Positions 27,486 through 36,654 of a DNA stretch of 64,000 bases are shown here, one piece after another. The translations under genes and the position numbers were made by a program. The notes below the pieces were generated by a model. The model saw only the letters and a list, made by a program, of their open reading frames with translations, did no database searches and was not told the DNA's origin. Source of the stretch: Candidatus Iainarchaeum sp. Lineage in GTDB: Archaea > Iainarchaeota > Iainarchaeia > Iainarchaeales > JAFCCW01. The stretch is taken from positions 116,189 to 180,188 of the forward strand of contig JAFCCW010000001.1 in NCBI GenBank assembly GCA_017609985.1, read 5' to 3'. How positions within the stretch are numbered: the first letter of the stretch is position 1; each line of letters opens with the position of its first letter.

Positions 27486-28624
27486 TGACGGACGAGAAAA
27501 GAGACAAAAAGCATGAAACAATTCTGCCAATTGGGCCATTCCACCCGCTCTTGAAGGAACCAGAATACTTCAAGGTTCACGTTGACGGAGAAAAAGTAAC
27601 AGACTTTGATTTCAGGCTTGGATTCAATCACAGGGGAATAGAGAAGATAGTGGAGAGCAAAACCTATTCAATGGCTACAACACTCTTAGGAAAAGTCTGC
27701 GGAATCTGCAATCAAGCTCATTCACTTGCTTTCTCAATTGGCGTAGAAAAAATAAACAAGATTACTGTTCCAAAGAGAGGAAAATACATAAGAACAATTA
27801 CTTTCGAATTAGAAAGAATTCAATCACACCTGCTCTGGCTTGGAGTCATGGCAGAAGCAATAGGTTTTGAAACAGTTTTCATGCATTCCTGGAGAGAACG
27901 AGAGAGAACAAACTATCTTTTTGAATTAATGACTGGAAACAGAATCGCAAAAGAAATGTCTGTTGTCGGAGGCTCTAAATGGGATCTTGACGAAAAAACA
28001 GGAAAAAAAGTTTTATCAGAGTTACCCAATTTAGTCAAGTTTGCTAACAACATGGAGCGAGTTTTTACAAAAGACAAGCTTGTTCACAAAAGACTCAAAG
28101 AAGTTGGAGTGCTTTCAAAAGAAGAAGCAAAGCATTTCGATGTTGTTGGCCCAGTTGCAAGAGCGTCTTCCCTTGACTTTGACATAAGAAAGAATTCCCC
28201 TTACGAAGTTTACAAAGATTTTGAATTCAATGTAATTGTGGGGGACGGAGCAGACTGTCTTGAAAGAACTCTTGTAAGAATCAGGGAAATCAAGGAAAGC
28301 GCTGAAATAATAAGGCAATGCATTGAATTACTGCCCGGTGGAGAGCACAGGCTCAAGTTCTTCAAAAGCGCGGAAGGAAAAACAACTTCTCGGGTTGAAG
28401 CTCCAAGAGGAGAGAACGCGCACTTTATGGTCACAGGCGAAATGAATCCAGTGCGACTGAAAATTCGAGCCCCAACCTATGCAAATATTCCTCCGCTCAA
28501 AACAATGCTTCTTAACCAAAAAATTGCTGATGTTCCGCCAATCATCATCAGCATTGACCCGTGCTTTTCTTGCACTGACAGAATAGCTGTTTACAAAAAA
28601 GGAGAACTGGTGAAGAGAGTATGA
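27485..28624 (+). CDS. Group 4 [NiFe]-hydrogenase large subunit (EchE/MbhL-like)
   Basis: N-terminal CGICNQAH and C-terminal DPCFSCTDR Ni-binding Cys pairs, plus a 13-aa C-terminal extension. Confidence 0.85.
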   Translation: MTDEKRDKKHETILPIGPFHPLLKEPEYFKVHVDGEKVTDFDFRLGFNHRGIEKIVESKTYSMATTLLGKVCGICNQAHSLAFSIGVEKINKITVPKRGKYIRTITFELERIQSHLLWLGVMAEAIGFETVFMHSWRERERTNYLFELMTGNRIAKEMSVVGGSKWDLDEKTGKKVLSELPNLVKFANNMERVFTKDKLVHKRLKEVGVLSKEEAKHFDVVGPVARASSLDFDIRKNSPYEVYKDFEFNVIVGDGADCLERTLVRIREIKESAEIIRQCIELLPGGEHRLKFFKSAEGKTTSRVEAPRGENAHFMVTGEMNPVRLKIRAPTYANIPPLKTMLLNQKIADVPPIIISIDPCFSCTDRIAVYKKGELVKRV

Positions 28625-29652
28625 TGGAAGCAGTCACAATTGAATCTGCAAGAATTCCTCTGGCTCTTGCACTTGCATTTGCAAGCATTTTTTCACTGCA
28701 ATTCAGCATATGGAAAAAAAGAGCAACAAGCTTTAGAACAATTTTTTACGCGGTTTTGTTTGCAGGAGTTATTGGAAGTGTTCTACTCAGGGGAATTTAC
28801 TCAGTTGCTTCAATGGAGTTAGCAGTTTATTCCGCAGGATTTCTTTTATACTTTGCAAACGGAAACAAAAAAACAGCTTTGCTTTACTTTGCTTCACAGG
28901 CTCTTGCAACAGCCATGATTATTCTCGGAGTTGTTCTGCCAGGATTCACTCCGCTTGTATTCATTGGATTTTTGCTCAAACTCGGGGCATTTCCTCTGCA
29001 TCTCTGGTTTCGCTCTGCTCTGGAAAACTCAACTGTTGGAACAGCAGCAATAATTTCTGCTTCACTCTCAACTTCAATTCTTTTCACAATGATTTCAAAC
29101 AGCATTGTTTCTGAATCATTTATTGCAATTGGACTAATCGGCGCATTTGCAGGAGCAATACTTGCTCTTGGTTCAAAAAGAGTTAGGGAAAAAACAGCTT
29201 ATATTGCAATGGCTGGAACAGGCCTTGCTCTTATTCCAATTGGGTTTGGAGGCGACTTGTTTGGAATAGCAATAGCTTTTATTTTTTCACTGCTTTTTGC
29301 AAAACAAGCTTTGTTTATTCTAGCAGGACTTGTTGAAGAAAAAGCTTCTTCAAATTTTGGAATAAACTCTGCAGCACTTTTAGCAGCTTCCTTTTCAATT
29401 GCCGGCCTTCCACTTACCGCTGGATTTATTTCCTTGCACGAACTATTGTTTCACGCAGCAAAACTTGAATTATTTAACTTTTTTGGAATACTTCTAGCAG
29501 CACTATTGTTCGTATTCTATGCCTGTCTTTCTAGCTACAAACAGCTTGCAGAAAGTGAAGGAGAAAGCAATGCTCGGGGAATTGAATCAATGCTTGCTCT
29601 CTCCACTATCTCAATGATTGCGCTTGGGCTGGTTTTTTGGGTGATTATGTAA
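28621..29652 (+). CDS. Short NuoN/MrpD-like membrane subunit
   Basis: ATGA overlap. GAFPLHLWF antiporter motif; 343 aa. Confidence 0.65.
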   Translation: MMEAVTIESARIPLALALAFASIFSLQFSIWKKRATSFRTIFYAVLFAGVIGSVLLRGIYSVASMELAVYSAGFLLYFANGNKKTALLYFASQALATAMIILGVVLPGFTPLVFIGFLLKLGAFPLHLWFRSALENSTVGTAAIISASLSTSILFTMISNSIVSESFIAIGLIGAFAGAILALGSKRVREKTAYIAMAGTGLALIPIGFGGDLFGIAIAFIFSLLFAKQALFILAGLVEEKASSNFGINSAALLAASFSIAGLPLTAGFISLHELLFHAAKLELFNFFGILLAALLFVFYACLSSYKQLAESEGESNARGIESMLALSTISMIALGLVFWVIM

Positions 29653-29662
29653 TGTTGGAGAC

Positions 29663-30079
29663 TTGGGTGATATTGTGACATTTGTAAAAAAGAGTCCCTG
29701 GATTTTTCATCTTAACACTGGAAGCTGCAACGGCTGTGACATAGAAGCAGTTGCATGCGTTACTCCTGGCTTTGATATTGAGAGATTGGGAGCAAAGCTT
29801 GTTGGCTCTCCAAGGCATGCAGATATAATACTTGTAACCGGTCCAGTGAACAAGCACAGTCTTGAAAGAATCAAGACAGTTGTGGAACAGGCTCCAAAAG
29901 GAAAAGTAATCGTTGGAATAGGGGCCTGCACTATTTCAGGAGGATTGTTCAAAGACAGCTACAATACAGACCCTCCTCTTGGAAAGCACATGCCAGTAAC
30001 AATGTACATTCCAGGATGCCCTCCAAAACCAGAGGCAATAATTGCTGGTTTAGCAAAAGCACTGGAGGCACTTAAATGA
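29663..30079 (+). CDS. Hydrogenase small subunit (NuoB/EchC-like)
   Basis: GSCNGCDIE...GACTISGG...PGCPP cluster ligands. Start is TTG 29663 or GTG 29675. Confidence 0.85.
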   Translation: MGDIVTFVKKSPWIFHLNTGSCNGCDIEAVACVTPGFDIERLGAKLVGSPRHADIILVTGPVNKHSLERIKTVVEQAPKGKVIVGIGACTISGGLFKDSYNTDPPLGKHMPVTMYIPGCPPKPEAIIAGLAKALEALK

Positions 30080-30924
30080 ATTACTTAAATCTTGCATTTG
30101 TTGGAATCGCAGCATTCCTCTTTGTCTGGATTGAGAGAAAAATTCTCGCATCATCTCAGTACAGAGTAGGGCCTCCGATTTTACAACCTGTTTATGATTT
30201 ACTAAAACTTCTTGAAAAAGAAACTATTAGAAATTTCTTTGCAAGCCCAATGCTTCCATTTGTTCCATTTGTTGGACTGTCTGCATTGCTTGTAGTAGCA
30301 GCTGGCCTCCCATTTGCAGGAATCCCAGCTTCAATAGACATTGTTACAACAATCTTTCTCCTGCTTCTTGTTTCAGTAGCTTATCCAATCGCAGGATTTC
30401 TCTCATTTTCGCCGTATGGATATATTTCCGCAAGGCGCGCAGCAATTCAGATACTAAGCTACGAACTCCCTCTCACTCTTTCAATTATTTCAGCAGCAAT
30501 ATTTCATCAGACACTTTCATTCAATAATTTGTCAGGTTTTTCATTTTATCTGCTTCCTGCGATGGCAGTTTTTTATGTCTGTGCTCTTGCAGCAATGCAC
30601 AAAAAACCATTTGATGTGCCAAACGCAGTTGAAGAGCTTGTTGCAGGAAGTGAAACAGAATTTTCAGGAATTCCACTTGCAGGATTCAAACTAATTGAAT
30701 GGATTGAAGGAGTTATTTTGGCAGAACTCTTCTTTTTGCTCTTTATTGGAATTCCAGATGCAATAACACACATTGTTTCAGTCACAGTGATTTTCTCATC
30801 TTTTGCAATAGTTGAGGCAGTTACTCCAAGGCTAAGAATAGACCATGTAACAGACTTTTTCATAAAATACATGGTTCCTCTTTCAATTGCAGGAGTGGTG
30901 ATAGCATGTTGCGTGAGGTTCTAA
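30076..30924 (+). CDS. NuoH/EchB/HyfC-like membrane subunit
   Basis: ATGA overlap. RKILASSQYRVGP N-terminal motif. Confidence 0.8.
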   Translation: MNYLNLAFVGIAAFLFVWIERKILASSQYRVGPPILQPVYDLLKLLEKETIRNFFASPMLPFVPFVGLSALLVVAAGLPFAGIPASIDIVTTIFLLLLVSVAYPIAGFLSFSPYGYISARRAAIQILSYELPLTLSIISAAIFHQTLSFNNLSGFSFYLLPAMAVFYVCALAAMHKKPFDVPNAVEELVAGSETEFSGIPLAGFKLIEWIEGVILAELFFLLFIGIPDAITHIVSVTVIFSSFAIVEAVTPRLRIDHVTDFFIKYMVPLSIAGVVIACCVRF

Positions 30925-31253
30925 GAAGCATTTTCAAAAAACCAGCTACTTCAAGTTTTCCATTCGAAGACCATGTTCCGGAAAATCACAGAGGAAAAAT
31001 TAAATGGATTCCAGAAAAATGCATTTACTGCAGACTGTGTGAGAGAAGCTGTCCAACAGGAGCATGCAAATTTATTCCTCCAAAAAAAGCAGGAGAAAAG
31101 GGAACAATCGAAATAGACATTGGAAAATGTGTTTTCTGTTATGAATGTGTTCTAGCCTGCCCAAAAGATGCTTTGGAAGGAACACTGGATTACAAGCTTG
31201 CATATATTTCAAAATCAGAAAAAGCAGATGAAAAATTAAGGAAAAAGAATTGA
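30906..31253 (+). CDS. 2x[4Fe-4S] subunit (NuoI/EchF-like)
   Basis: CIYCRLCERSCP and CVFCYECVLACP. Confidence 0.85.
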   Translation: MLREVLRSIFKKPATSSFPFEDHVPENHRGKIKWIPEKCIYCRLCERSCPTGACKFIPPKKAGEKGTIEIDIGKCVFCYECVLACPKDALEGTLDYKLAYISKSEKADEKLRKKN

Positions 31254-31349
31254 ACTAAAAAAAAGAGATTAATCAAAAAAAAAAATTGATAAATCAAAAA
31301 AACCAACAAAGAAAAAAAATTAATGAAAACGAAAACAGGGGGAAAAACA

Positions 31350-31652
31350 ATGCACGAACATCACACTCTTGCAATGATTGAATCAAAGCTTTCTGAAACA
31401 AGAGACAAAACAGCAGTTAAAAAAATCGTAGTGGGCAGAGACGAGGTTCATGATATAGAAACATTCAAGCAGAATGCAAAACAAATGCTTGAAGAAAAAT
31501 TTCCAGAAGCAAACACAGAAATCGAGGTTCGCGATCCAGAAATGATTTGTCCAGCCTGCGGCTACAAAACAAATGAAATGATTGAAATCTGCCCAGAATG
31601 CGAAACAAAAATGAATCTTGAAACAAACAAGGGGGTAAGATTGGAGTTTTAA
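31350..31652 (+). CDS. hypA: Hydrogenase nickel-insertion protein HypA
   Basis: AGGGGGA RBS. MHEHH N-terminus. CPACG...CPEC zinc site. Confidence 0.8.
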   Translation: MHEHHTLAMIESKLSETRDKTAVKKIVVGRDEVHDIETFKQNAKQMLEEKFPEANTEIEVRDPEMICPACGYKTNEMIEICPECETKMNLETNKGVRLEF

Positions 31653-31667
31653 GCTTTCTTTTCGGGT

Positions 31668-31967
31668 TTAAGGCTTTCTTTTAGGTTCTCTTTTTTCTTC
31701 TCTTTTCTTTCTCTGTTTTCTTTTTCTTTCAATAATTCTTTCCTTTATTTTCCTAAGCTGCCTGCTTCTTTCCTGGACTTCTTCAAGCCTTGCTTTTTTT
31801 GATTCATGGTCTTTTAATGCATCCTGATACTCGCTTGAATCTCGCTCAAAACCTTCTTCAACAATCAGTTCCAGATGCCTTCTTACAGAATCATAAATTT
31901 GGGATCTTATGCCAATCTCTTTTGCAACTCTCTTTAACTCTTGATTGACATTGTCGAGGTTAACCAT
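31668..31967 (-). CDS. Hypothetical Lys/Arg/Glu-rich coiled-coil protein
   Basis: ORF only. Confidence 0.45.
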   Translation of the reverse strand: MVNLDNVNQELKRVAKEIGIRSQIYDSVRRHLELIVEEGFERDSSEYQDALKDHESKKARLEEVQERSRQLRKIKERIIERKRKQRKKREEKREPKRKP

Positions 31968-31974
31968 AAACTCA

Positions 31975-33159
31975 CTACTTTAATACTTCAAGCCCAGGCA
32001 ATTCTTCGCTCGCGAGATACTTCAACAAAGCCTTTCCAGAAAGCGATATGTGAGAAAAATCCTTTTCCTTAAATCCAAGCTTGGTTAGTGCTGTTTCAGT
32101 GTCTCCCCCGCCCAGCAAAGAAAAAGCCTTGCTCTTGGAAATAACTCCTAGCAATTTTTTAGTGCCCAAACTAAAATTCTTTTCTTCAAATACTCCAACA
32201 GGCCCATTGAATACAACAAGTCCTGCTCTGTTAATCTTTCTTGAGAATTCTTCAACAGTTTTTTCTCCAATATCTTTTGCAAGAGCTGTTTCAGGGGTGT
32301 GTTCAACATCTGTTTCCATTCTTTTGCCTGCTTCTTCAAAAGCAATATCTTGTGGAATAAACACGGACTGGTGAAATTTTTCCATTATTTCTTTTGCATC
32401 TTTTCCAACTTCACTTAATCCTTTCTTTTTCAAAAATTCAATAGTTTTTCCTTTGATAATATTTTTTGAAGCAAGAGCCATTTCTCCAGGCACGCCTCCA
32501 AGCAAAACATCGTCTGCTCTGCCGTGCTCCATCATGCTTTTGGCAAGACTGATGCTGTCCTCTGGTTTTGCACCTCCAAGAACAAGAACTTTTCTTCCAT
32601 CGTTTTTGTCAACTTCTTCAAGTGCTTTGAGTTCGCATTCAAGAACCGGGCCTATAAAGCTTGGCACAGTGCAAAAACCAACAACTGACGCGTGGCTTCT
32701 GTGACAAACACTTAAAGCATCTTGAACAAAAATGTCAGCTCTTTGAGCAAGCTTTTCAACATAGCTATGTCTTGCGTGTTCTATTGGCTTTTTTGTCTTT
32801 GTTTCTTCTTTCTGAAAACGAGTGTTTTCGAGAAGCAAAATCTCTCTGTTTTTCATAGAGTCAATTTCTTCAAGATAGTCAGAGTTCCAGTCACAAAACA
32901 TTATTTCTGTTCCAACAAGCTTGGAAATAAGTCTTGCGTGCTGTTTGAGAGAAATAAAGTCATCCTGCCCTTTTCTTCCCTGGTGTGCTAAGACAACAAG
33001 CTTGCAATCTCTTTCATGAAGATACTTGATTGTTTTAGCATGCTCTCTAATTCTTTTGTTCAAAACAGGTTTTTCTTCCTGAACATTGCTGTTAAGGTCT
33101 GCTCTCAGGAAAACATGCTTGTCCTCTATATTCTCGTAACGCAAAACTTTGTAATTCAT
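31975..33159 (-). CDS. pgk: Phosphoglycerate kinase (archaeal type)
   Basis: FLRADLNS...VLAHQGRKGQDDFISL N-terminal pattern; ~394 aa. Confidence 0.9.
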   Translation of the reverse strand: MNYKVLRYENIEDKHVFLRADLNSNVQEEKPVLNKRIREHAKTIKYLHERDCKLVVLAHQGRKGQDDFISLKQHARLISKLVGTEIMFCDWNSDYLEEIDSMKNREILLLENTRFQKEETKTKKPIEHARHSYVEKLAQRADIFVQDALSVCHRSHASVVGFCTVPSFIGPVLECELKALEEVDKNDGRKVLVLGGAKPEDSISLAKSMMEHGRADDVLLGGVPGEMALASKNIIKGKTIEFLKKKGLSEVGKDAKEIMEKFHQSVFIPQDIAFEEAGKRMETDVEHTPETALAKDIGEKTVEEFSRKINRAGLVVFNGPVGVFEEKNFSLGTKKLLGVISKSKAFSLLGGGDTETALTKLGFKEKDFSHISLSGKALLKYLASEELPGLEVLK

Positions 33160-33219
33160 TCAATCACTTTCACACAATTTTTATACAATTTCTTTTCTGC
33201 AATGCTTTGTCAGATTCTG

Positions 33220-34212
33220 TTATTTTGCAATAAAATCCAAGAATTCAGCCATTCTTGAACTATAACCCCATTCATTGTCGTACCATCCGAGAACCTTGAA
33301 CATTTTTCCAGCGCACATTGTCTGCTTGCTGTCAAACACACAGCTGTGTGCATTGCCCACGATGTCTGAGGAGACAAGCTCTTCTTCGCTGTATTCAAGA
33401 ATTCCCTTTAATTTTCCATTGCCTGCTTTTTTAAACTCTGAATTAATTTCTTCAATGCTTGTTTCTTTTTCAAGCACTCCTACAAAGTCAGTAAGGCTCC
33501 CATCAGGCACTGGAACACGAACAGCAATTCCATCAAGTCTTCCTTCAAGCTCGGGCATAACTTTGGTTACTGCCTTGGCTGCCCCAGTGGTTGTTGGAAT
33601 AATATTAACTGCTGCAGCTCTAGCCCGTCTCAAATCACTGTGCGGAAGGTCAAGAATTTTTTGGTCATTGGTGTAGGCATGAATTGTTGAAATAAATCCC
33701 TGCTCTATTCCAAATGCATTTTGCAAAACAAAAGCCATTGGCGCAAGGGAATTAGTAGTGCAGGAAGCCATTGAAACAATTTCTTCTCCTGCATAAGATT
33801 TGTCGTTTACGCCCGGTACAATTTGAGGAATGCCATCATCTTTTGGCGGAGCACTCAAAGCAACTTTTTTTGCTCCTGCCCTGAGATGTTTTCCAGCACT
33901 ATCCTTTGTTCTAAATACTCCGGTGCTTTCAAGAACAACGTCTACTCCGAGCTTTTTCCAAGGAAGTTTTTCCGGGTCTCTCTCGGAAAAAACATTGATT
34001 TTATTGCTTCCGACAAAAATACTGTTCTCGTCAGAGCTTATTTCTTCTTCGATAATTCCATGAATTGAATCATACTTCAATAAATGTGCAAGAGTTCCAG
34101 AATCAGTTAAATCATTAATTGCGACAAATTCAAGCTTGCTCTTGTTCTTCAAAGCAGCTCTTAAAACATTTCTTCCAATTCTTCCAAATCCATTGATAGC
34201 AATTCTAATCAT
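33220..34212 (-). CDS. gap: Glyceraldehyde-3-phosphate dehydrogenase, class I (bacterial type)
   Basis: INGFGRIGR and ASCTTNSLAP. GGAGGT RBS before ATG 34212. Confidence 0.9.
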   Translation of the reverse strand: MIRIAINGFGRIGRNVLRAALKNKSKLEFVAINDLTDSGTLAHLLKYDSIHGIIEEEISSDENSIFVGSNKINVFSERDPEKLPWKKLGVDVVLESTGVFRTKDSAGKHLRAGAKKVALSAPPKDDGIPQIVPGVNDKSYAGEEIVSMASCTTNSLAPMAFVLQNAFGIEQGFISTIHAYTNDQKILDLPHSDLRRARAAAVNIIPTTTGAAKAVTKVMPELEGRLDGIAVRVPVPDGSLTDFVGVLEKETSIEEINSEFKKAGNGKLKGILEYSEEELVSSDIVGNAHSCVFDSKQTMCAGKMFKVLGWYDNEWGYSSRMAEFLDFIAK

Positions 34213-34232
34213 TTTATGACCTCCAATCAAAT

Positions 34233-35633
34233 TTACTTCTTCAAACTATTTAAATCAAGTTCCTTGAATTCTTCAAGAATTGAAACAACCTTCTTTCTAA
34301 TTTCTGAGAGATTCTCTTCACTGTCAGCTTCCATTCTCACTTTAATGTTTGGTGCTGTATTGCTTGCTCTGACAAGCGCCCAGCCGTTTTCAAAATTCAT
34401 TCTTGCTCCGTCAATTCCAATAAAACTGATTTCTGCCTTAGTTAGTTTTTTCTTTATTTCTTCAATTATCTTGAATTTCGTGTCATCACTGCATTCAATT
34501 GAGTAGTCAGGAGTAGAAACCGGTTTTGGAAGAGAATCAATATATTGCGCAAAATCTTCTTTCTCGGAAGTGATTTCGGCAAGCTTGCAAGCAGCAAAAA
34601 TCGCATCATCGAAAGGAAAGTATTCCTTCATAAAAAACACATGCCCGGTTGTTTCCCCCCCAAAAATCGCATTTTGTTTTTCTGATTCTGCAAGAATAAA
34701 AGGATAACCAGCTTCTGCAAGCACAATATTTGCTCCTTTTTTTATAAGATAGTTGATTACTGCTTGAGAAGTTCTTACTTCAAAAACAATGTTTTTTCCA
34801 TTTTCCTTTTTCTTCTCCAGCGCGTTCTCTGAAAACAGCAAAAGCAGGTTGTCGAAAGAAACAAGCCTTCCTTGATTGTCCACAGCTCCGATTCTGTCAA
34901 CATCTCCGTCAAATCCTATTCCTAAATCAGCTTTTTCTTCCTTAACCTTATTCATTAAATCATCCATTGTTCCGTGAGTAAGAGCTTCATATGGGTCAGG
35001 AACATGATTTGGGAAAGAATCATCCAATTCAGTGAACAGTTCAATTACTTCACAGCCAAGTTTCCTGAAAACCAGACCCGGGATCTTTCCAGCAGTTCCA
35101 TTTCCGCAATCAACAACAATCTTAAGCTTTTTTTTCAGTTTAATCTTGCCAGAAACATATTCTACATAATCATTTATTATGTCTTTTTTTGAAATATTTC
35201 CTTTTTTCTCTGCTTTTTTCAGGTTTCCTGCCTGGATTATTTTCTTTATTTCCTCTTGTGGATTTAGTTCAGTGAAGGTTCTTGCGTATTTTCCCTTTAG
35301 TTTGAAGCCATTGTATTCTGAAGGGAGATGAGAACCAGTTATTTGGATGCAGCCATCTTTTTTCTGGCTTGCCGCAGTAAAGTAAACAAGAGGCGTTGGA
35401 GCAGTTCCTATATCAATAACCTCTTTTCCCCCATCAACAAGGCCTTTTATTAGTGCTTCTTTAAGTTCTTTTCCTGATTTGCGTAGGTCTTTTCCTACAA
35501 CAATTTCTTTTGAGTCTTTCATAAAATTCGCATATGCTAATCCGATAATTTCTGCCAGCTCTGGATTGATTTGCTGTGGGATTGTCCCTCTTATATCATA
35601 TGCTCTGAAAATATTCCAATCTATCTTATACAT
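34233..35633 (-). CDS. Phosphoglucomutase/phosphomannomutase
   Basis: TGSHLPSEYNG phosphoserine loop, GFDGDVDR metal loop, GGETTGH. Confidence 0.85.
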   Translation of the reverse strand: MYKIDWNIFRAYDIRGTIPQQINPELAEIIGLAYANFMKDSKEIVVGKDLRKSGKELKEALIKGLVDGGKEVIDIGTAPTPLVYFTAASQKKDGCIQITGSHLPSEYNGFKLKGKYARTFTELNPQEEIKKIIQAGNLKKAEKKGNISKKDIINDYVEYVSGKIKLKKKLKIVVDCGNGTAGKIPGLVFRKLGCEVIELFTELDDSFPNHVPDPYEALTHGTMDDLMNKVKEEKADLGIGFDGDVDRIGAVDNQGRLVSFDNLLLLFSENALEKKKENGKNIVFEVRTSQAVINYLIKKGANIVLAEAGYPFILAESEKQNAIFGGETTGHVFFMKEYFPFDDAIFAACKLAEITSEKEDFAQYIDSLPKPVSTPDYSIECSDDTKFKIIEEIKKKLTKAEISFIGIDGARMNFENGWALVRASNTAPNIKVRMEADSEENLSEIRKKVVSILEEFKELDLNSLKK

Positions 35634-35637
35634 AATA

Positions 35638-36561
35638 TCATTTCCTCCAATTTTCCCTATAAACCTCTGCTGCTTCCTCTGGCAAAACCGAGTTTACTGA
35701 AACACCAGTCATGAACTCAAAACCAGCCCAAGTCGCAAGGCGCGGAAGCAATTCAACATAACAATGAAATTCTCCTTTTTTTCGATTATGGAACAAAATA
35801 TTGTAGGGTGCTCTTATTTTTGACATGGTTTTTGTGGATTTTTTAAGAATTTTTCCAAGCTCAAGAAATTCTTCTTCACTAAATTCCGTGAAAGAATTCT
35901 TATGTTCTTTTGGCACAATCATTAATTCATAACAAAATCTTGAAGCATATGGGGCCAGAGCAATAAATTTGTCTCCTTCAAAGACTATTCTTTCTTTTTT
36001 TTGCTTTTCTTGTTCCAAAGCACTGCATAGAGGGCATTTCTTGTTTTTTAATTTATATGATTCAAAAGCAGAATATTCCTCTTTTGCTGGTTTTGGGACG
36101 AATGAGAGAGCAACAAGCTGGCTGTGCTCGTGGTGGAGCGAGGCACCACTTCCATTTCCTGAGTTTTTGAAGACTGCTACAAAAGAAATCCCTATTTTTT
36201 TTTCAAGACTAATGCATCTTTTTGAAAGAAGAGACAAAATTGAAGCAATTTTTGCAGTTCCAAATTCATGAAATCTTTCCCCATGCGCTCTTGTTTCAAC
36301 AACCACTTCGTGAAAGCCTCGCGCTTTGCTGTGAAGAGAAACTGTTGGAAACTTGTTTGGAAAAACTCTCATAATCCATTTTTCCTGCTCTTCAATTCTC
36401 TCTGTTTCTGGAGGAGTCATTGCCTCGTTTCCCGGGCAAAAAGGACAGTCACTGCTTTTTTCCACTGGTTTTGGTTCTTTCAGGTCTTTTGGTCTTTTTG
36501 TTCTTTTCCCAGCAATAACTACTTTTCTGGGCAGAAAGTAATGTTCTCTGAATTCAGGCAT
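35638..36561 (-). CDS. galT: Galactose-1-phosphate uridylyltransferase (HIT family)
   Basis: CPFCPGNE zinc motif and SLHHEHSQ (HxHxQ). Start at MPEFREH. Confidence 0.8.
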   Translation of the reverse strand: MPEFREHYFLPRKVVIAGKRTKRPKDLKEPKPVEKSSDCPFCPGNEAMTPPETERIEEQEKWIMRVFPNKFPTVSLHSKARGFHEVVVETRAHGERFHEFGTAKIASILSLLSKRCISLEKKIGISFVAVFKNSGNGSGASLHHEHSQLVALSFVPKPAKEEYSAFESYKLKNKKCPLCSALEQEKQKKERIVFEGDKFIALAPYASRFCYELMIVPKEHKNSFTEFSEEEFLELGKILKKSTKTMSKIRAPYNILFHNRKKGEFHCYVELLPRLATWAGFEFMTGVSVNSVLPEEAAEVYRENWRK

Positions 36562-36585
36562 AGAAAAGATAATGCTGGAAGGGAA

Positions 36586-36635
36586 TTTAAATATAGAGTT
36601 GCGGAAACTGCACCACAGAGAAACAAATTTAAATA
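36586..36635. promoter_or_regulatory. Divergent promoter pair: TTTAAATA boxes at 36586-36593 (for galT, minus) and 36628-36635 (for PfkB kinase, plus)
   Basis: Each box lies about 20-30 nt from its ATG with no SD, suggesting leaderless transcripts. Confidence 0.4.
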
Positions 36636-36654
36636 ACTCTTGCCTTATTCCTGC

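Noticed and set aside
27485-28624. Possibility that the locus is a complex I (Nuo) or Mbx/Mbs-type module rather than a hydrogenase
   Set aside because: Both Ni-ligand Cys pairs (CGIC..., DPCFSC) and a cleavable C-terminal extension are present. hycI, hypA and hypC are nearby. NuoD/MbxL-type proteins lack these cysteines.
31254-31322. A-rich intergenic segment with repeated (a/t)taatcaaaaaaa units, considered as a repeat element or small RNA
   Set aside because: It is very low complexity with no stem-loop potential. It is most simply a spacer/promoter region between the hydrogenase operon and hypA.
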